Position numbers and translations under genes: made by a program | Source: an uncultured Bacteroidales bacterium | Lineage (GTDB): Bacteria; Bacteroidota; Bacteroidia; Bacteroidales; UBA12077 | Direction of reading: 5' to 3' | Length of the DNA: 64,000 nucleotides | NCBI GenBank assembly: GCA_964606845.1 | Contig: CAZSIC010000004.1 | Span: 205-64,204 of the forward strand | Notes under the pieces: model-generated | Told to the model about the DNA's origin: nothing | Databases searched by the model: none | What the model saw: the letters and a program-made list of their open reading frames with translations, nothing else | Shown here: one piece after another, positions 48,333-57,615 of the stretch | Layout: each line of letters starts with the position of its first letter | How positions within the stretch are numbered: position 1 is the first letter of the stretch

Positions 48333-50564
48333 TTGGTTCAAGGTGTTGGATTTCGCCCGTTTGTTTACCGGTTGGCTAAAAAATACCAGCTTAACGGGAA
48401 CGTGGCCAATCGTAGCGATGGCATAGTTGTAAAGATTCATGGTGATGCACAGATTATTGAAAAATTTAAGCACGATATCGTTAAGTATGCACCGCCGGCA
48501 GCATTGATAAAACAGATAAAATCTGTTCTTTTAGAAGACTCCTCTTTTTCTGACTTTGAAATTTTGCCCAGCCAAAAAAATGATTCATTGTATACTGATA
48601 TTAGTCCGGATATTGCTGTTTGTGACGATTGTTTGGCTGACCTTAAAAATCAAAAGCATCGGATTAATTATCCATTAATTAATTGTACCAATTGTGGCCC
48701 GAGATTTTCGATCATCAAAGAATTACCATACGACAGGACAAATACTACCATGAAACAATTTGAGATGTGCCCTGTTTGTCATTATGAATACCACGATATT
48801 AATGACAGGCGCTTCCATGCTCAACCTGTTGCCTGTAATTACTGTGGCCCAAAATATGAATATATCATTGGTGATACAATTCAAAGCGGCCTCTCTATCA
48901 TATTAAATCAAATTGCAACTCAGCTAAATAATGAAAATGTTATTATTATTAAAGGAGTTGGTGGTTATAATTTTATTTGCGATGCTAATAACAACAAGTC
49001 GGTTAAGCGTATCAGAACGATAAAAAACCGCGAGTCTAAACCTTTTGCGGTAATGTTTAAGGATACAGATACTGTAAAACATTATTGTCATTTGTCTGCT
49101 CGTGAAAAAAAGATACTGGAATCATGGCAACGACCGATTGTTATTCTCGGGCAAAAGAAGCAATTGTGTTCTTCAATTAATCATAATTTGGACAAAATTG
49201 GCGCTATATTGCCTTATTTACCTTTGCATTATATGTTGTTTGATTATCTTACAACATCTGTTATAGTTTTTACCAGTACCAATAAGTCAGAAGAACCACT
49301 GGTGGCAAATGATCAAAAAATAAAAGACGATTTTAAAAAACTTTCTGACGGTGTACTTATGCATAACCGTGAAATTTTTAATCCTGTTGACGATTCAGTA
49401 GTAAAAGTAGGAAAAAAGGTGAGTCAGATTATCCGACGGTCAAGAGGATATGTTCCAACTCCTGTTGAGTTAAATTCAAATGTTGATGGAATATTTGCTG
49501 CAGGGGCTGAACAAAAAAATACTTTTTGCATAGGTAAAGATAATAACGGAATACTTAGCCAGCATATTGGCGATTTAACGAATTATGAAACTTTCCAGTT
49601 TTATATTAATACTGTTGAAAAATTTTTTGATTTATATCATTTTAAACCCACCATTTTGGTTTGTGACCAACATCCGGCTTATTTATCTACCAAATTTACA
49701 GATGAATTTGCGCGGTTATATCTACTCGATAAAAGGAATATTATTAGAGTACAACATCATCATGCTCATATTGCCTCGTGTCTGGCTGAGCATCATATCA
49801 ATAAAAAAGTAATTGGTGTTAGTTTTGACGGGACAGGTTATGGTACTGATGGCAATATTTGGGGTGGTGAATTTTTAATTTGTGATACCAAATCTTTTCA
49901 ACGATTTGCACATTTCGATTACGTGAAGATGCCTGGCGGCGATGCTGCTGCAAAAGAACCCTGGAGAATGGTTATGGCATATTTTCAAAAATATTTTGGG
50001 GATATGAAGGAATGTGAAAGTATGAAATGTTTTGAAAATGTTGAACCGGAATCTGTTGCTCTGCTGAGAAATATGATTAAAAAAAATATTAATTCACCAC
50101 TAACATCCAGTGCAGGCCGTTTATTCGATGCTGTTGCATGTTTGCTTAATCTTTGCAGCCACAACTCTTTTGATGCTGAAGCTCCAATGCGGCTGGAGTC
50201 TGTTATCGATCAATCGATTACTGGCTCATATCCTTATCAAATTTTTAATGATAGGGTGATATTTGACAGAACTATCGAGGCAATTATTTCTGATATTAAT
50301 AAAATGCAAGTATCTGTTATATCTGCAAAATTTCATAATACAATTGTAAATGTTATTGTTGATTTGTCTGAAGTCATTAGAAAAGAAACAGGAATTAAAG
50401 AGGTTGTTCTTTCGGGAGGTGTTTTTCAAAATAATTACTTATTGGAAAAGTCTGTTGAGAAATTAAAGAATGAAAAGTTTACTGTTTTTTATAACCAAAA
50501 GGCTCCTGCCAACGATGGAGGAATTTCTCTGGGTCAATTATATGTTGCATCAAATAATTTATAG
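48333..50564 (+). CDS. hypF: Carbamoyltransferase HypF
   Basis: Acylphosphatase VQGVGFRP. Four CxxC zinc-finger pairs. YrdC-like and Kae1-like domains. The frame is open back to 48288 without a canonical start. Confidence 0.9.
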   Translation: MVQGVGFRPFVYRLAKKYQLNGNVANRSDGIVVKIHGDAQIIEKFKHDIVKYAPPAALIKQIKSVLLEDSSFSDFEILPSQKNDSLYTDISPDIAVCDDCLADLKNQKHRINYPLINCTNCGPRFSIIKELPYDRTNTTMKQFEMCPVCHYEYHDINDRRFHAQPVACNYCGPKYEYIIGDTIQSGLSIILNQIATQLNNENVIIIKGVGGYNFICDANNNKSVKRIRTIKNRESKPFAVMFKDTDTVKHYCHLSAREKKILESWQRPIVILGQKKQLCSSINHNLDKIGAILPYLPLHYMLFDYLTTSVIVFTSTNKSEEPLVANDQKIKDDFKKLSDGVLMHNREIFNPVDDSVVKVGKKVSQIIRRSRGYVPTPVELNSNVDGIFAAGAEQKNTFCIGKDNNGILSQHIGDLTNYETFQFYINTVEKFFDLYHFKPTILVCDQHPAYLSTKFTDEFARLYLLDKRNIIRVQHHHAHIASCLAEHHINKKVIGVSFDGTGYGTDGNIWGGEFLICDTKSFQRFAHFDYVKMPGGDAAAKEPWRMVMAYFQKYFGDMKECESMKCFENVEPESVALLRNMIKKNINSPLTSSAGRLFDAVACLLNLCSHNSFDAEAPMRLESVIDQSITGSYPYQIFNDRVIFDRTIEAIISDINKMQVSVISAKFHNTIVNVIVDLSEVIRKETGIKEVVLSGGVFQNNYLLEKSVEKLKNEKFTVFYNQKAPANDGGISLGQLYVASNNL

Positions 50565-50566
50565 TT

Positions 50567-50785
50567 ATGTGTTTAAGTATACCAGGTAAAATAATATCGA
50601 TCAATGATGATATGGCAGATGTTTCAATCGGCGGTGCCATTGTAAAGGTTGGAATTCAAATGATCGATAATATTCGTAAAGGCGATTATGTATTGGTACA
50701 TGCCGGTTTTGCCTTACAAAAGATAGATGAGAAAGAGGCTTTAGAAACGCTGCAATTATTAAAAGAAATGAATGATTTTAAATAG
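50567..50785 (+). CDS. hypC: Hydrogenase assembly chaperone HypC
   Basis: MCLSIPG N-terminus. 72 aa. Confidence 0.92.
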   Translation: MCLSIPGKIISINDDMADVSIGGAIVKVGIQMIDNIRKGDYVLVHAGFALQKIDEKEALETLQLLKEMNDFK

Positions 50786-50788
50786 TTT

Positions 50789-51874
50789 ATGAAATACATT
50801 GATGAATATAGGGACATTGCACTGGTTAAGAAATTATCTGCAAAAATCAGGCAGTTTAATAAACATGAAATTTCTTTAATGGAGGTTTGTGGAGGGCATA
50901 CCATGGCTATTCATCGTTTTGGAATTACTGCATTATTGCCTGAAAACATAAAGTTAATCTCAGGCCCGGGTTGCCCTGTATGTGTTTCAAGTATTTCATT
51001 TATTGATCGTGCCATTGCATATTCAAAATTACAGGATGTAATTATTACAACATATGGCGATTTAGTTCGCGTTCCCGGATCGAAAAGCAGTTTGGAAAAA
51101 GAAAAATCAATGGGCGCTGACATTCGTATCGTTTATTCGTCGCTGGACGCATTAAAAGTTGCCAAAAACAATCCAAATAAAAAGATTATTTTTTTGGGAA
51201 TAGGTTTCGAAACAACGGCTCCATCATCAGCCGTTGTAATTCAAAAAGCTTATAATGAAAATGTGCAGAATTTTTTTCTTTTAAGTGCACATAAAATCAT
51301 GCCACCGGTTATGGAGGCTTTGTTAAACGACGAAGTTAAAATCGATGGGTTTATTTGCCCAGGGCATGTAAGCACTATTTCCGGCTCAAAAATTTATGAT
51401 TTTATTGCTGAAAAATATAAAATAGGATGTGTTGTTGCAGGTTTCGAACCAACAGATATATTACAATCCATTCAAATGTTAACGAAACAAATAGAATCAA
51501 ATGAGCCAAAGGTTGATATTCAGTATTCAAGAGCAGTTACAATACAGGGAAATGTTAAAGCTCAGCAATTGATAACAGAGGTTTTTGAGCTTAAAGATGA
51601 TTATTGGCGAGGGATTGGGAAAATACCTAAAAGTGGATTGAAGCTGAAAGATAAATATAAAAATTTTGATGCTGAATATCATTTTAATTTAAGTATTGAT
51701 TATGTAGGGGAGAATCCATCGTGTATTTGTGGTATTATTTTGAGGGGATTAAAAACACCAAAGGATTGTAAATTATTTGGAAAAGTTTGTACACCGCAAA
51801 ACCCTGTTGGTGCTTGCATGGTTTCTAACGAAGGTTCATGTCATGCATATTATAAATATCGAACGTATGAGTGA
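50789..51874 (+). CDS. hypD: Hydrogenase formation protein HypD
   Basis: CGGHT, GPGCPVCV and GFETT motifs. Confidence 0.92.
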   Translation: MKYIDEYRDIALVKKLSAKIRQFNKHEISLMEVCGGHTMAIHRFGITALLPENIKLISGPGCPVCVSSISFIDRAIAYSKLQDVIITTYGDLVRVPGSKSSLEKEKSMGADIRIVYSSLDALKVAKNNPNKKIIFLGIGFETTAPSSAVVIQKAYNENVQNFFLLSAHKIMPPVMEALLNDEVKIDGFICPGHVSTISGSKIYDFIAEKYKIGCVVAGFEPTDILQSIQMLTKQIESNEPKVDIQYSRAVTIQGNVKAQQLITEVFELKDDYWRGIGKIPKSGLKLKDKYKNFDAEYHFNLSIDYVGENPSCICGIILRGLKTPKDCKLFGKVCTPQNPVGACMVSNEGSCHAYYKYRTYE

Positions 51875-52877
51875 TTTTATTACATTAAATCATGGAAGTG
51901 GCGGAAAAGCTTCCAGCGACCTTATACAGGAGGTTTTTATTAAATCTTTTGGACAGGTTGATAATATTTTAGCTGATTCGGCTATTTTGAATATTCCCAA
52001 AAATCAAATTGCTTTTACAACCGATTCTTTTGTTGTAGATCCCATTTTTTTTCCTGGGGGCGATATAGGTAAACTTGCCATTTGTGGTACCGTTAATGAT
52101 TTGGCAGTATCTGGTGCAATTCCTAAGTATATTTCCATATCATTTATTCTCGAGGAGGGTTTTTTTATCAAGGATTTGAAAGAAATTGCTAATTCGATTG
52201 CGCAACAGGCTGAAAAGTCAAACGTAAAAATTGTTACTGGCGATACCAAAGTTGTGCATAAAGGAAAATGTGATAAAATTTTCATCAATACCACAGGAAT
52301 AGGAATTTTTAATAGCGATTTAGCTTATATAAGCAATGGCCAAAAAATAAAAGCGGGAGATAAAATTATTATCAATGGGGCTTTGGGCGATCACTCCATC
52401 GCGGTTTTAGGAGCTCGGAATGAAATAGAGTTTAACGTTGATGTTAAATCGGATTGCGCATGTTTAAATCATTTAATTGCTGATATTATAAATAAAAATG
52501 TGGAAGTGAAATTTATGAGAGATATTACCAGAGGCGGATTAGCAACAATTCTAAATGAACTGGTAAGAATTACAGACTTTGGTATAGAGATTAATGAAAA
52601 AGATATACCAATAAACGAATCAGTTATGGGATTATGTGAAATTCTTGGTTTTGATCCTTTATATCTGGCAAATGAGGGAAAAGTCTTATTGGTGGTTGAT
52701 CCTAAAGATGCCGAGAAAACGATCAATAGTATGCAGAGAAATACCTTAGGTAAGGAGAGTGTTGTAATTGGTGAAGTGGTGAATGATCATCAGAGAATGG
52801 TGGTTGGAAAAACTGAGGTGGGAGGAAAACGGATCATAGATATTTTGCAGGGGGAACAATTACCGAGAATTTGCTAG
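51867..52877 (+). CDS. hypE: Hydrogenase maturation protein HypE
   Basis: ATG at 51867 gives an ATGAGTGA overlap with the hypD stop. AIR-synthase-like fold. C-terminal PRIC. Confidence 0.9.
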   Translation: MSDFITLNHGSGGKASSDLIQEVFIKSFGQVDNILADSAILNIPKNQIAFTTDSFVVDPIFFPGGDIGKLAICGTVNDLAVSGAIPKYISISFILEEGFFIKDLKEIANSIAQQAEKSNVKIVTGDTKVVHKGKCDKIFINTTGIGIFNSDLAYISNGQKIKAGDKIIINGALGDHSIAVLGARNEIEFNVDVKSDCACLNHLIADIINKNVEVKFMRDITRGGLATILNELVRITDFGIEINEKDIPINESVMGLCEILGFDPLYLANEGKVLLVVDPKDAEKTINSMQRNTLGKESVVIGEVVNDHQRMVVGKTEVGGKRIIDILQGEQLPRIC

Positions 52878-52890
52878 GAGAAATTTATTC

Positions 52891-52944
52891 GAAACCATGC
52901 CTACGGCAGGGAAACTTGGAATCTGAAATTTGAAATTTGAAAAA
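52891..52944. repeat. Copy of the gaaaccatgcct..ggcagg..aaacttg..tgaaatttgaaatttgaaa unit
   Basis: Matches 53452-53516 apart from an internal duplication in the second copy. Confidence 0.55.
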
Positions 52945-53289
52945 ATGCATGAACTGAAAATAGCCTCTGAGATGGTTGGAATAATAGAAAATGTTGCTGA
53001 AAAAGAGCATTTAATTTCAGTAACAGTAGTAAATATTCAGTTTGGGAAAATGATACAAATTGTTCCGGATATTTTTCAGTTTGCTTTCGAAGAAGCAACC
53101 CGGAATACTATTGCAGAAGGAGCAAAACTGAATTTGGAAATTTTACCGGTCAAATTTGCTTGTAAAAAATGCAATCTAAATACAGAGGTTAGCGATTTGG
53201 TATTTATTTGTCCGAACTGTGGATCTGTAGATTTGGATTTGATTCAGGGACGAGAAACAATAATTGAAAGTATCGAAGGGGAGAAGTAA
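52945..53289 (+). CDS. hypA: Nickel insertion protein HypA
   Basis: MHE N-terminus. CKKC...CPNC zinc site. Confidence 0.9.
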   Translation: MHELKIASEMVGIIENVAEKEHLISVTVVNIQFGKMIQIVPDIFQFAFEEATRNTIAEGAKLNLEILPVKFACKKCNLNTEVSDLVFICPNCGSVDLDLIQGRETIIESIEGEK

Positions 53290-53525
53290 AAGGCAGAACT
53301 CCTTCGCTTGGTAACCGCTAAAGCTTATAGCGAACGCGTTAAAGCGTCGGAGATCAAAGTAGGCAGATCTCCTTCGCTGAAGCTTCGGAGATCAAAGGAG
53401 TCTGTTGTGCAGAGGTCTTAAATTTGATAAAAGGCCTTCGATTTGAAATTTGAAACCATGCCTGGGGCAGGTAAGCCATCCCTTCGGCAGGTAAACTTGT
53501 AATTTGAAATTTGAAACCTGAAATA
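53290..53525. repeat. Repeat-dense, G+C-richer spacer between hypA and hypB
   Basis: Direct repeats ggcaga(a/t)ctccttcgct x2 and cggagatcaaag x2. The ggagatc/gatctcc complements allow alternative hairpins. A CCTNSGGCAGGKAARC unit occurs twice, and tttgaaatttgaaa occurs twice. Confidence 0.6.
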
Positions 53526-53532
53526 AATAACT

Positions 53533-54186
53533 ATGGAAATTAAAATCCGCAAAAATGTTCTTGATCGAAATCAGAACAAAGCCAATGAAGTAAGAGAGCT
53601 ACTTCGCCAAAAAAAAGTGTTAATGGTTAATATCATTAGTTCGCCCGGTGCCGGAAAAACTTCACTACTTGAGCGTACCCTCGAGAATTTAAAAGGAAAA
53701 TTCCGAATTGGAGTTATCGAAGGCGATATTACTACAGATCGTGATGCACAAAGGTTAAAAATTCACGATATTCCCATTGTGGTTATTAATACCGAAGGAA
53801 GCTGCCATCTCGATTCGCACAGTATATCTAAAGTTTTACCCGAATTTTATCTCGACCATTTGGATGTATTGTTTGTCGAAAATGTAGGAAATTTAGTTTG
53901 CCCTTCCCATTTTGATCTGGGCGAAACCTTTAAGCTTGCTGTAGTAAGCACCACCGAGGGCGATGATAAACCTGAAAAATATCCCATGTTGTTTAGGGAG
54001 GCAAAAGCTGTTTTGTTAAATAAAGTTGATTTAATCGAATATACCGATTTTAATAAATCAGCTTTTAAAGCCGATTTGCAGAAAATTAAAGGAAATGTGC
54101 CATTATTTGAAATTTCCTGCACTCGAAATATTGGATTAGAATCATGGTATAAATGGGTTTCTGACCAAATAAAATATGTTATATAA
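53533..54186 (+). CDS. hypB: Hydrogenase nickel incorporation GTPase HypB
   Basis: P-loop SSPGAGKTS. ENVGNLVCP motif. NKVD. Confidence 0.92.
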   Translation: MEIKIRKNVLDRNQNKANEVRELLRQKKVLMVNIISSPGAGKTSLLERTLENLKGKFRIGVIEGDITTDRDAQRLKIHDIPIVVINTEGSCHLDSHSISKVLPEFYLDHLDVLFVENVGNLVCPSHFDLGETFKLAVVSTTEGDDKPEKYPMLFREAKAVLLNKVDLIEYTDFNKSAFKADLQKIKGNVPLFEISCTRNIGLESWYKWVSDQIKYVI

Positions 54187-54282
54187 AATAAGTTGTATAA
54201 CATATTTATTAAATTTATCTTATTATGTACTAATATTCAGTAAGTAGCATCAATTTTAAAGCATATGTAAGTAATATATAAC

Positions 54283-54298
54283 TGTTAAATAATTAACA
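54283..54298. promoter_or_regulatory. Rex-type operator TGTTAA-ATAA-TTAACA
   Basis: Perfect 7-nt arms (cTGTTAA / TTAACAg) with a 4-nt spacer, ending 96 nt upstream of 54395. Confidence 0.5.
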
Positions 54299-54325
54299 GT
54301 GTGAAAAAAATAACAAATAATTTTT

Positions 54326-54333
54326 TATATTTG
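54326..54333 (+). promoter_or_regulatory. Candidate Bacteroidota -7 box TATATTTG
   Basis: Matches TAnnTTTG. It lies 61 nt before the ATG at 54395 and just downstream of the operator. Confidence 0.3.
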
Positions 54334-54394
54334 TAGCAGAATTTTAAATGATGTTTTTATTCATTGTTTAACACCATTTAAATCAAATCCTGCA

Positions 54395-54739
54395 ATGAAA
54401 ATTAAAGAAATAGTAAATATAATTAATGGTAAGGTGGTTTGCGGTAAAGAGCTTTTGGAAACCGAGGTTAAGAAAGGTTTTGCTTCCGATTTAATGAGTG
54501 ATGTATTAACGATTGATACGGATCATATTTTGCTTATCACCGGATTGGCAAATCTGCAGGCTATCCGTACTGCTGAAATGTCTGATATTACTTGTATTAT
54601 TTTCGCAAGAAATAAAAAAGTAACTAAGGAAATGATTGCGCTTGCAGCAGAAAATCAAATGGTGCTGATTGAATGTGCTTGTTCGGTTTTTAAAACTGCC
54701 GGTGAATTGTATAATGCTGGTATAAAACCTGTATTTTAA
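54395..54739 (+). CDS. DRTGG-domain-like small protein
   Basis: 114 aa. G..SDLMSDVL and LITGLAN segments. Paralog of 56538-56885. Confidence 0.65.
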   Translation: MKIKEIVNIINGKVVCGKELLETEVKKGFASDLMSDVLTIDTDHILLITGLANLQAIRTAEMSDITCIIFARNKKVTKEMIALAAENQMVLIECACSVFKTAGELYNAGIKPVF

Positions 54740-55164
54740 TGATTATGCATTTTGAATACGAAATAGAGGGTGGCGATTTTTCAAAAGCTGGAAATGTTTC
54801 CAGCCTATTGAAGAAAACATTAAAACAGCTGGTTGGAAATCATAAAATGGTAAAACGTATTGTGGTTGCCATGTACGAGGCCGAAGTTAATGTTGTGGCG
54901 CATGCATATTCTGGAAAAGTAACCATTGATATTGATACGGATAAAATAATGATTCAGGTTAAAGATAAAGGACCTGGGATTGAGGATATAAAACAAGCCA
55001 TGCAGAATGGCTATTCAACAGCTTCCGAACAGGTACGCGAAATGGGATTTGGAGCTGGTATGGGATTATCAAATATCAAAAATAATGCAGATGAATTTGA
55101 AATTACCAGCCAGGTTGGTGTTGGTACTGAATTAAAAATTGTGGCATACTTGAAAAATCTTTAA
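54739..55164 (+). CDS. GHKL-type ATPase (RsbW / anti-sigma kinase-like)
   Basis: N box EAEVNVVAHA. G boxes DKGPGI and GFGAGMGLSNI. TAATG overlap with the upstream gene. Confidence 0.75.
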   Translation: MIMHFEYEIEGGDFSKAGNVSSLLKKTLKQLVGNHKMVKRIVVAMYEAEVNVVAHAYSGKVTIDIDTDKIMIQVKDKGPGIEDIKQAMQNGYSTASEQVREMGFGAGMGLSNIKNNADEFEITSQVGVGTELKIVAYLKNL

Positions 55165-55166
55165 AA

Positions 55167-56519
55167 ATGGACAGTAAAACATTCCATCATGCCTTAAAAA
55201 TTCAAAAGGAGCAGTGTATCGGATGTTCACACTGTATGAACATTTGTCCTACCGAAGCTATACGCGTACGAAACGGTAAAGCTGAGCTTTTTGAGAACCG
55301 TTGTATTGATTGTGGTGAATGTTTTCGTGTATGTCCTGTAAATGCTATAATTATTGAACAAGACGACTTTAATAAGATTTTTCAGTATAAACACCGTGTT
55401 GCCTTATTACCTGCCGTATTTAGCGGTCAATTTCCCGAGGAGGTAAAAACTACTCAGATTTATGATGTATTGCTCGACCTGGGGTTTACAGACGTTTATG
55501 AAGTAGAGCAAGGAGTAGAGGTATTGAAAAATACCATGCAGGAATTTGCCCGGGAAAGTGAAGGTAGCAAACCATTGATCTCATCATTCTGCCCGGCAGT
55601 AATCCGTTTAATACAGGTAAAATTTCCTGCATTAACTGAAAATATCATATCGCTGCATCCTCCTTTGGATATAGCTGCAGTATATTATAAAAAGATGCTC
55701 ATAGATAAAGGTATTGACGAGTCAGATATTGGAATTTTTTACGTTACTCCCTGTGCTGCTAAAATTGCTGCAGTAAAAAGCCCTGTGGGCAACGAGCAAT
55801 CGCCCATTAATGGTGTGATTAATATGGATTTCATTTTTAATAAAGTGTATACCAATATTCGTAGAGGCGATTTTCAACAATCACAAAATATAGATAAAGA
55901 ACAATTAGCTCCAGAAGGCGTATTGTGGAGCCTTACCAATGGCGAAATTGATAACATGGAAGGCCGTTGCCTGGCTATTGATGGTGTACATAATGTAATT
56001 GATTTTCTGGAGAAAATTGAGAATGAAGAAATTAAGGATGTTGATTTCCTTGAGCTCAGAGCTTGCGACGAAAGTTGTGCCGGAGGAGTGCTTACCACTA
56101 AAAACAGATTTTTAACGGTTGAGCGATTAAAAAAGAGAGCAAATTATTACAAACAAAACAAAGAACTCTACGGGAAAAAACAGATTCTGAATTACAAAAA
56201 GTTTTTGGAAGAAAACATCAATATTGGCAAAATAAAGCCTCGTTCAATGATGAAACTGGATGAAAATATGGCTGAGGCTATGAAAAAAATGCGAAGGGTA
56301 AAAGAGATCATGAAATGTTTGCCCGATGTAGATTGTGGCGCTTGTGGAGCTCCTAGCTGCCGAGCATTGGCCGAAGATATTGTTCAGGAAAGAGCCGTAA
56401 TTAATCACTGTGTTTTTATTCAGAAAATTTTTGAGAAAAAAGGAATTCTTGATTGGGAACAATCACACGATATAATGAGAGAGATTTGGGGCGACGATAA
56501 ATTAAATCGAAAGTGTTAA
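55167..56519 (+). CDS. HydS-like putative sensory [FeFe]-hydrogenase homolog
   Basis: N-terminal 2x[4Fe-4S] (CIGCSHCMNICP, CIDCGECFRVCP). Degenerate H-cluster motifs SSFCP, TPCAAK and ELRACDESCAGG. C-terminal CGACGAPSC-x16-C motif. Confidence 0.75.
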   Translation: MDSKTFHHALKIQKEQCIGCSHCMNICPTEAIRVRNGKAELFENRCIDCGECFRVCPVNAIIIEQDDFNKIFQYKHRVALLPAVFSGQFPEEVKTTQIYDVLLDLGFTDVYEVEQGVEVLKNTMQEFARESEGSKPLISSFCPAVIRLIQVKFPALTENIISLHPPLDIAAVYYKKMLIDKGIDESDIGIFYVTPCAAKIAAVKSPVGNEQSPINGVINMDFIFNKVYTNIRRGDFQQSQNIDKEQLAPEGVLWSLTNGEIDNMEGRCLAIDGVHNVIDFLEKIENEEIKDVDFLELRACDESCAGGVLTTKNRFLTVERLKKRANYYKQNKELYGKKQILNYKKFLEENINIGKIKPRSMMKLDENMAEAMKKMRRVKEIMKCLPDVDCGACGAPSCRALAEDIVQERAVINHCVFIQKIFEKKGILDWEQSHDIMREIWGDDKLNRKC

Positions 56520-56537
56520 TACTAAAAATACAGGGTT

Positions 56538-56885
56538 ATGAAAGTATCAGATATAGTTGACAAGTTTAATTTAGAAGTTTTTAGCGGTAAAGAAGGATTA
56601 GGAAGAGAAGTTAAAGGGGGTTATGTTTCAGATTTATTGAGTGATGTTATGGGTAATTCAAAAGAGGGACAGATATGGATTACATTACAAACACATAAAA
56701 ATGTGATGGCCATAGCATCGCTCAAAGATCTGGCTGCTGTTATCCTGGTTAAAGGCTTTAAACCTAACGATGATACAGCAAAACAGAGCGAATTGGAAGG
56801 TGTGCCAGTGTTGGGCAGTACAGAAAATACCTTTGAGATAACCGGTAAATTATTTGAATACTTAAAAGAAAATGAAATTATATAA
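56538..56885 (+). CDS. DRTGG-domain-like small protein (second copy)
   Basis: 115 aa. GGYVSDLLSDVM segment parallels the first copy. Confidence 0.65.
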   Translation: MKVSDIVDKFNLEVFSGKEGLGREVKGGYVSDLLSDVMGNSKEGQIWITLQTHKNVMAIASLKDLAAVILVKGFKPNDDTAKQSELEGVPVLGSTENTFEITGKLFEYLKENEII

Positions 56886-57615
56886 GGCTGATTTACATAC
56901 GCATACTGTGCTTTCGCCTTGCGGCGATTTGGAAATGAGTCCTTTAAATATTGTACAAAAGGCTAAAAGTAAAGGAATTGATATTCTTGGTATAACCGAT
57001 CATAACAATACTAAAAATTGCAAAGCCTTCGATGATTTGGCTAAAAAACACGATCTGTTTATTTTAAAAGGAGCAGAAATAAATACAAAAGAAGAAGTAC
57101 ACTGTCTTACGTTCTTTGAAAATAATGATGAATTGTTTGATTTTCAACAATATATTGATAAGCATCTGCCTAAAATCAAAAATGATATTAAAAAGTTTGG
57201 TTACCAGGTAGTAGTTGATCAAAACGAAAATATTATCGAACAAACAGAATGGTTGTTGATCTCAGCACTCGATGCAAGTATAGAGCAAATTGAAAAGAAA
57301 GTACACGAACTGAATGGCTTATTTATACCTGCTCATATCGACCGAAGCAGATATTCGATTTTAAGTCAGTTAGGATTTATTCCAGCAGATTTAAATATTG
57401 ATGCATTAGAGCTTTCGAAATTTATAAATAAAGATGAATTTCTGGGGAAAAATAATTATCTGGCAGATTACACTTTTATCCAAAGTTCCGATGCGCATTT
57501 TGTTGATAATATTGGAGATACAACTACCGGTTTTTTAATGGAAGAAAGATCATTCGTTGAGATTAGGCAGGCTTTAAAATCAGAAAACAACAGAAAAGTG
57601 ATTGTTCATGAATAA
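56872..57615 (+). CDS. PHP-family phosphoesterase
   Basis: ADLHTHT, GITDHNN and PAHIDR metal-binding His/Asp motifs. Confidence 0.75.
   Translation: MKLYKADLHTHTVLSPCGDLEMSPLNIVQKAKSKGIDILGITDHNNTKNCKAFDDLAKKHDLFILKGAEINTKEEVHCLTFFENNDELFDFQQYIDKHLPKIKNDIKKFGYQVVVDQNENIIEQTEWLLISALDASIEQIEKKVHELNGLFIPAHIDRSRYSILSQLGFIPADLNIDALELSKFINKDEFLGKNNYLADYTFIQSSDAHFVDNIGDTTTGFLMEERSFVEIRQALKSENNRKVIVHE

Noticed and set aside
53457-53501. Tiny ORFs inside the hypA-flanking repeats (MPGAGKPSLRQVNL, and MPTAGKLGI in the copy at 52896-52925).
   Set aside because: At 9-14 codons they differ in length and sequence between copies. A by-product of the repeat is more likely.
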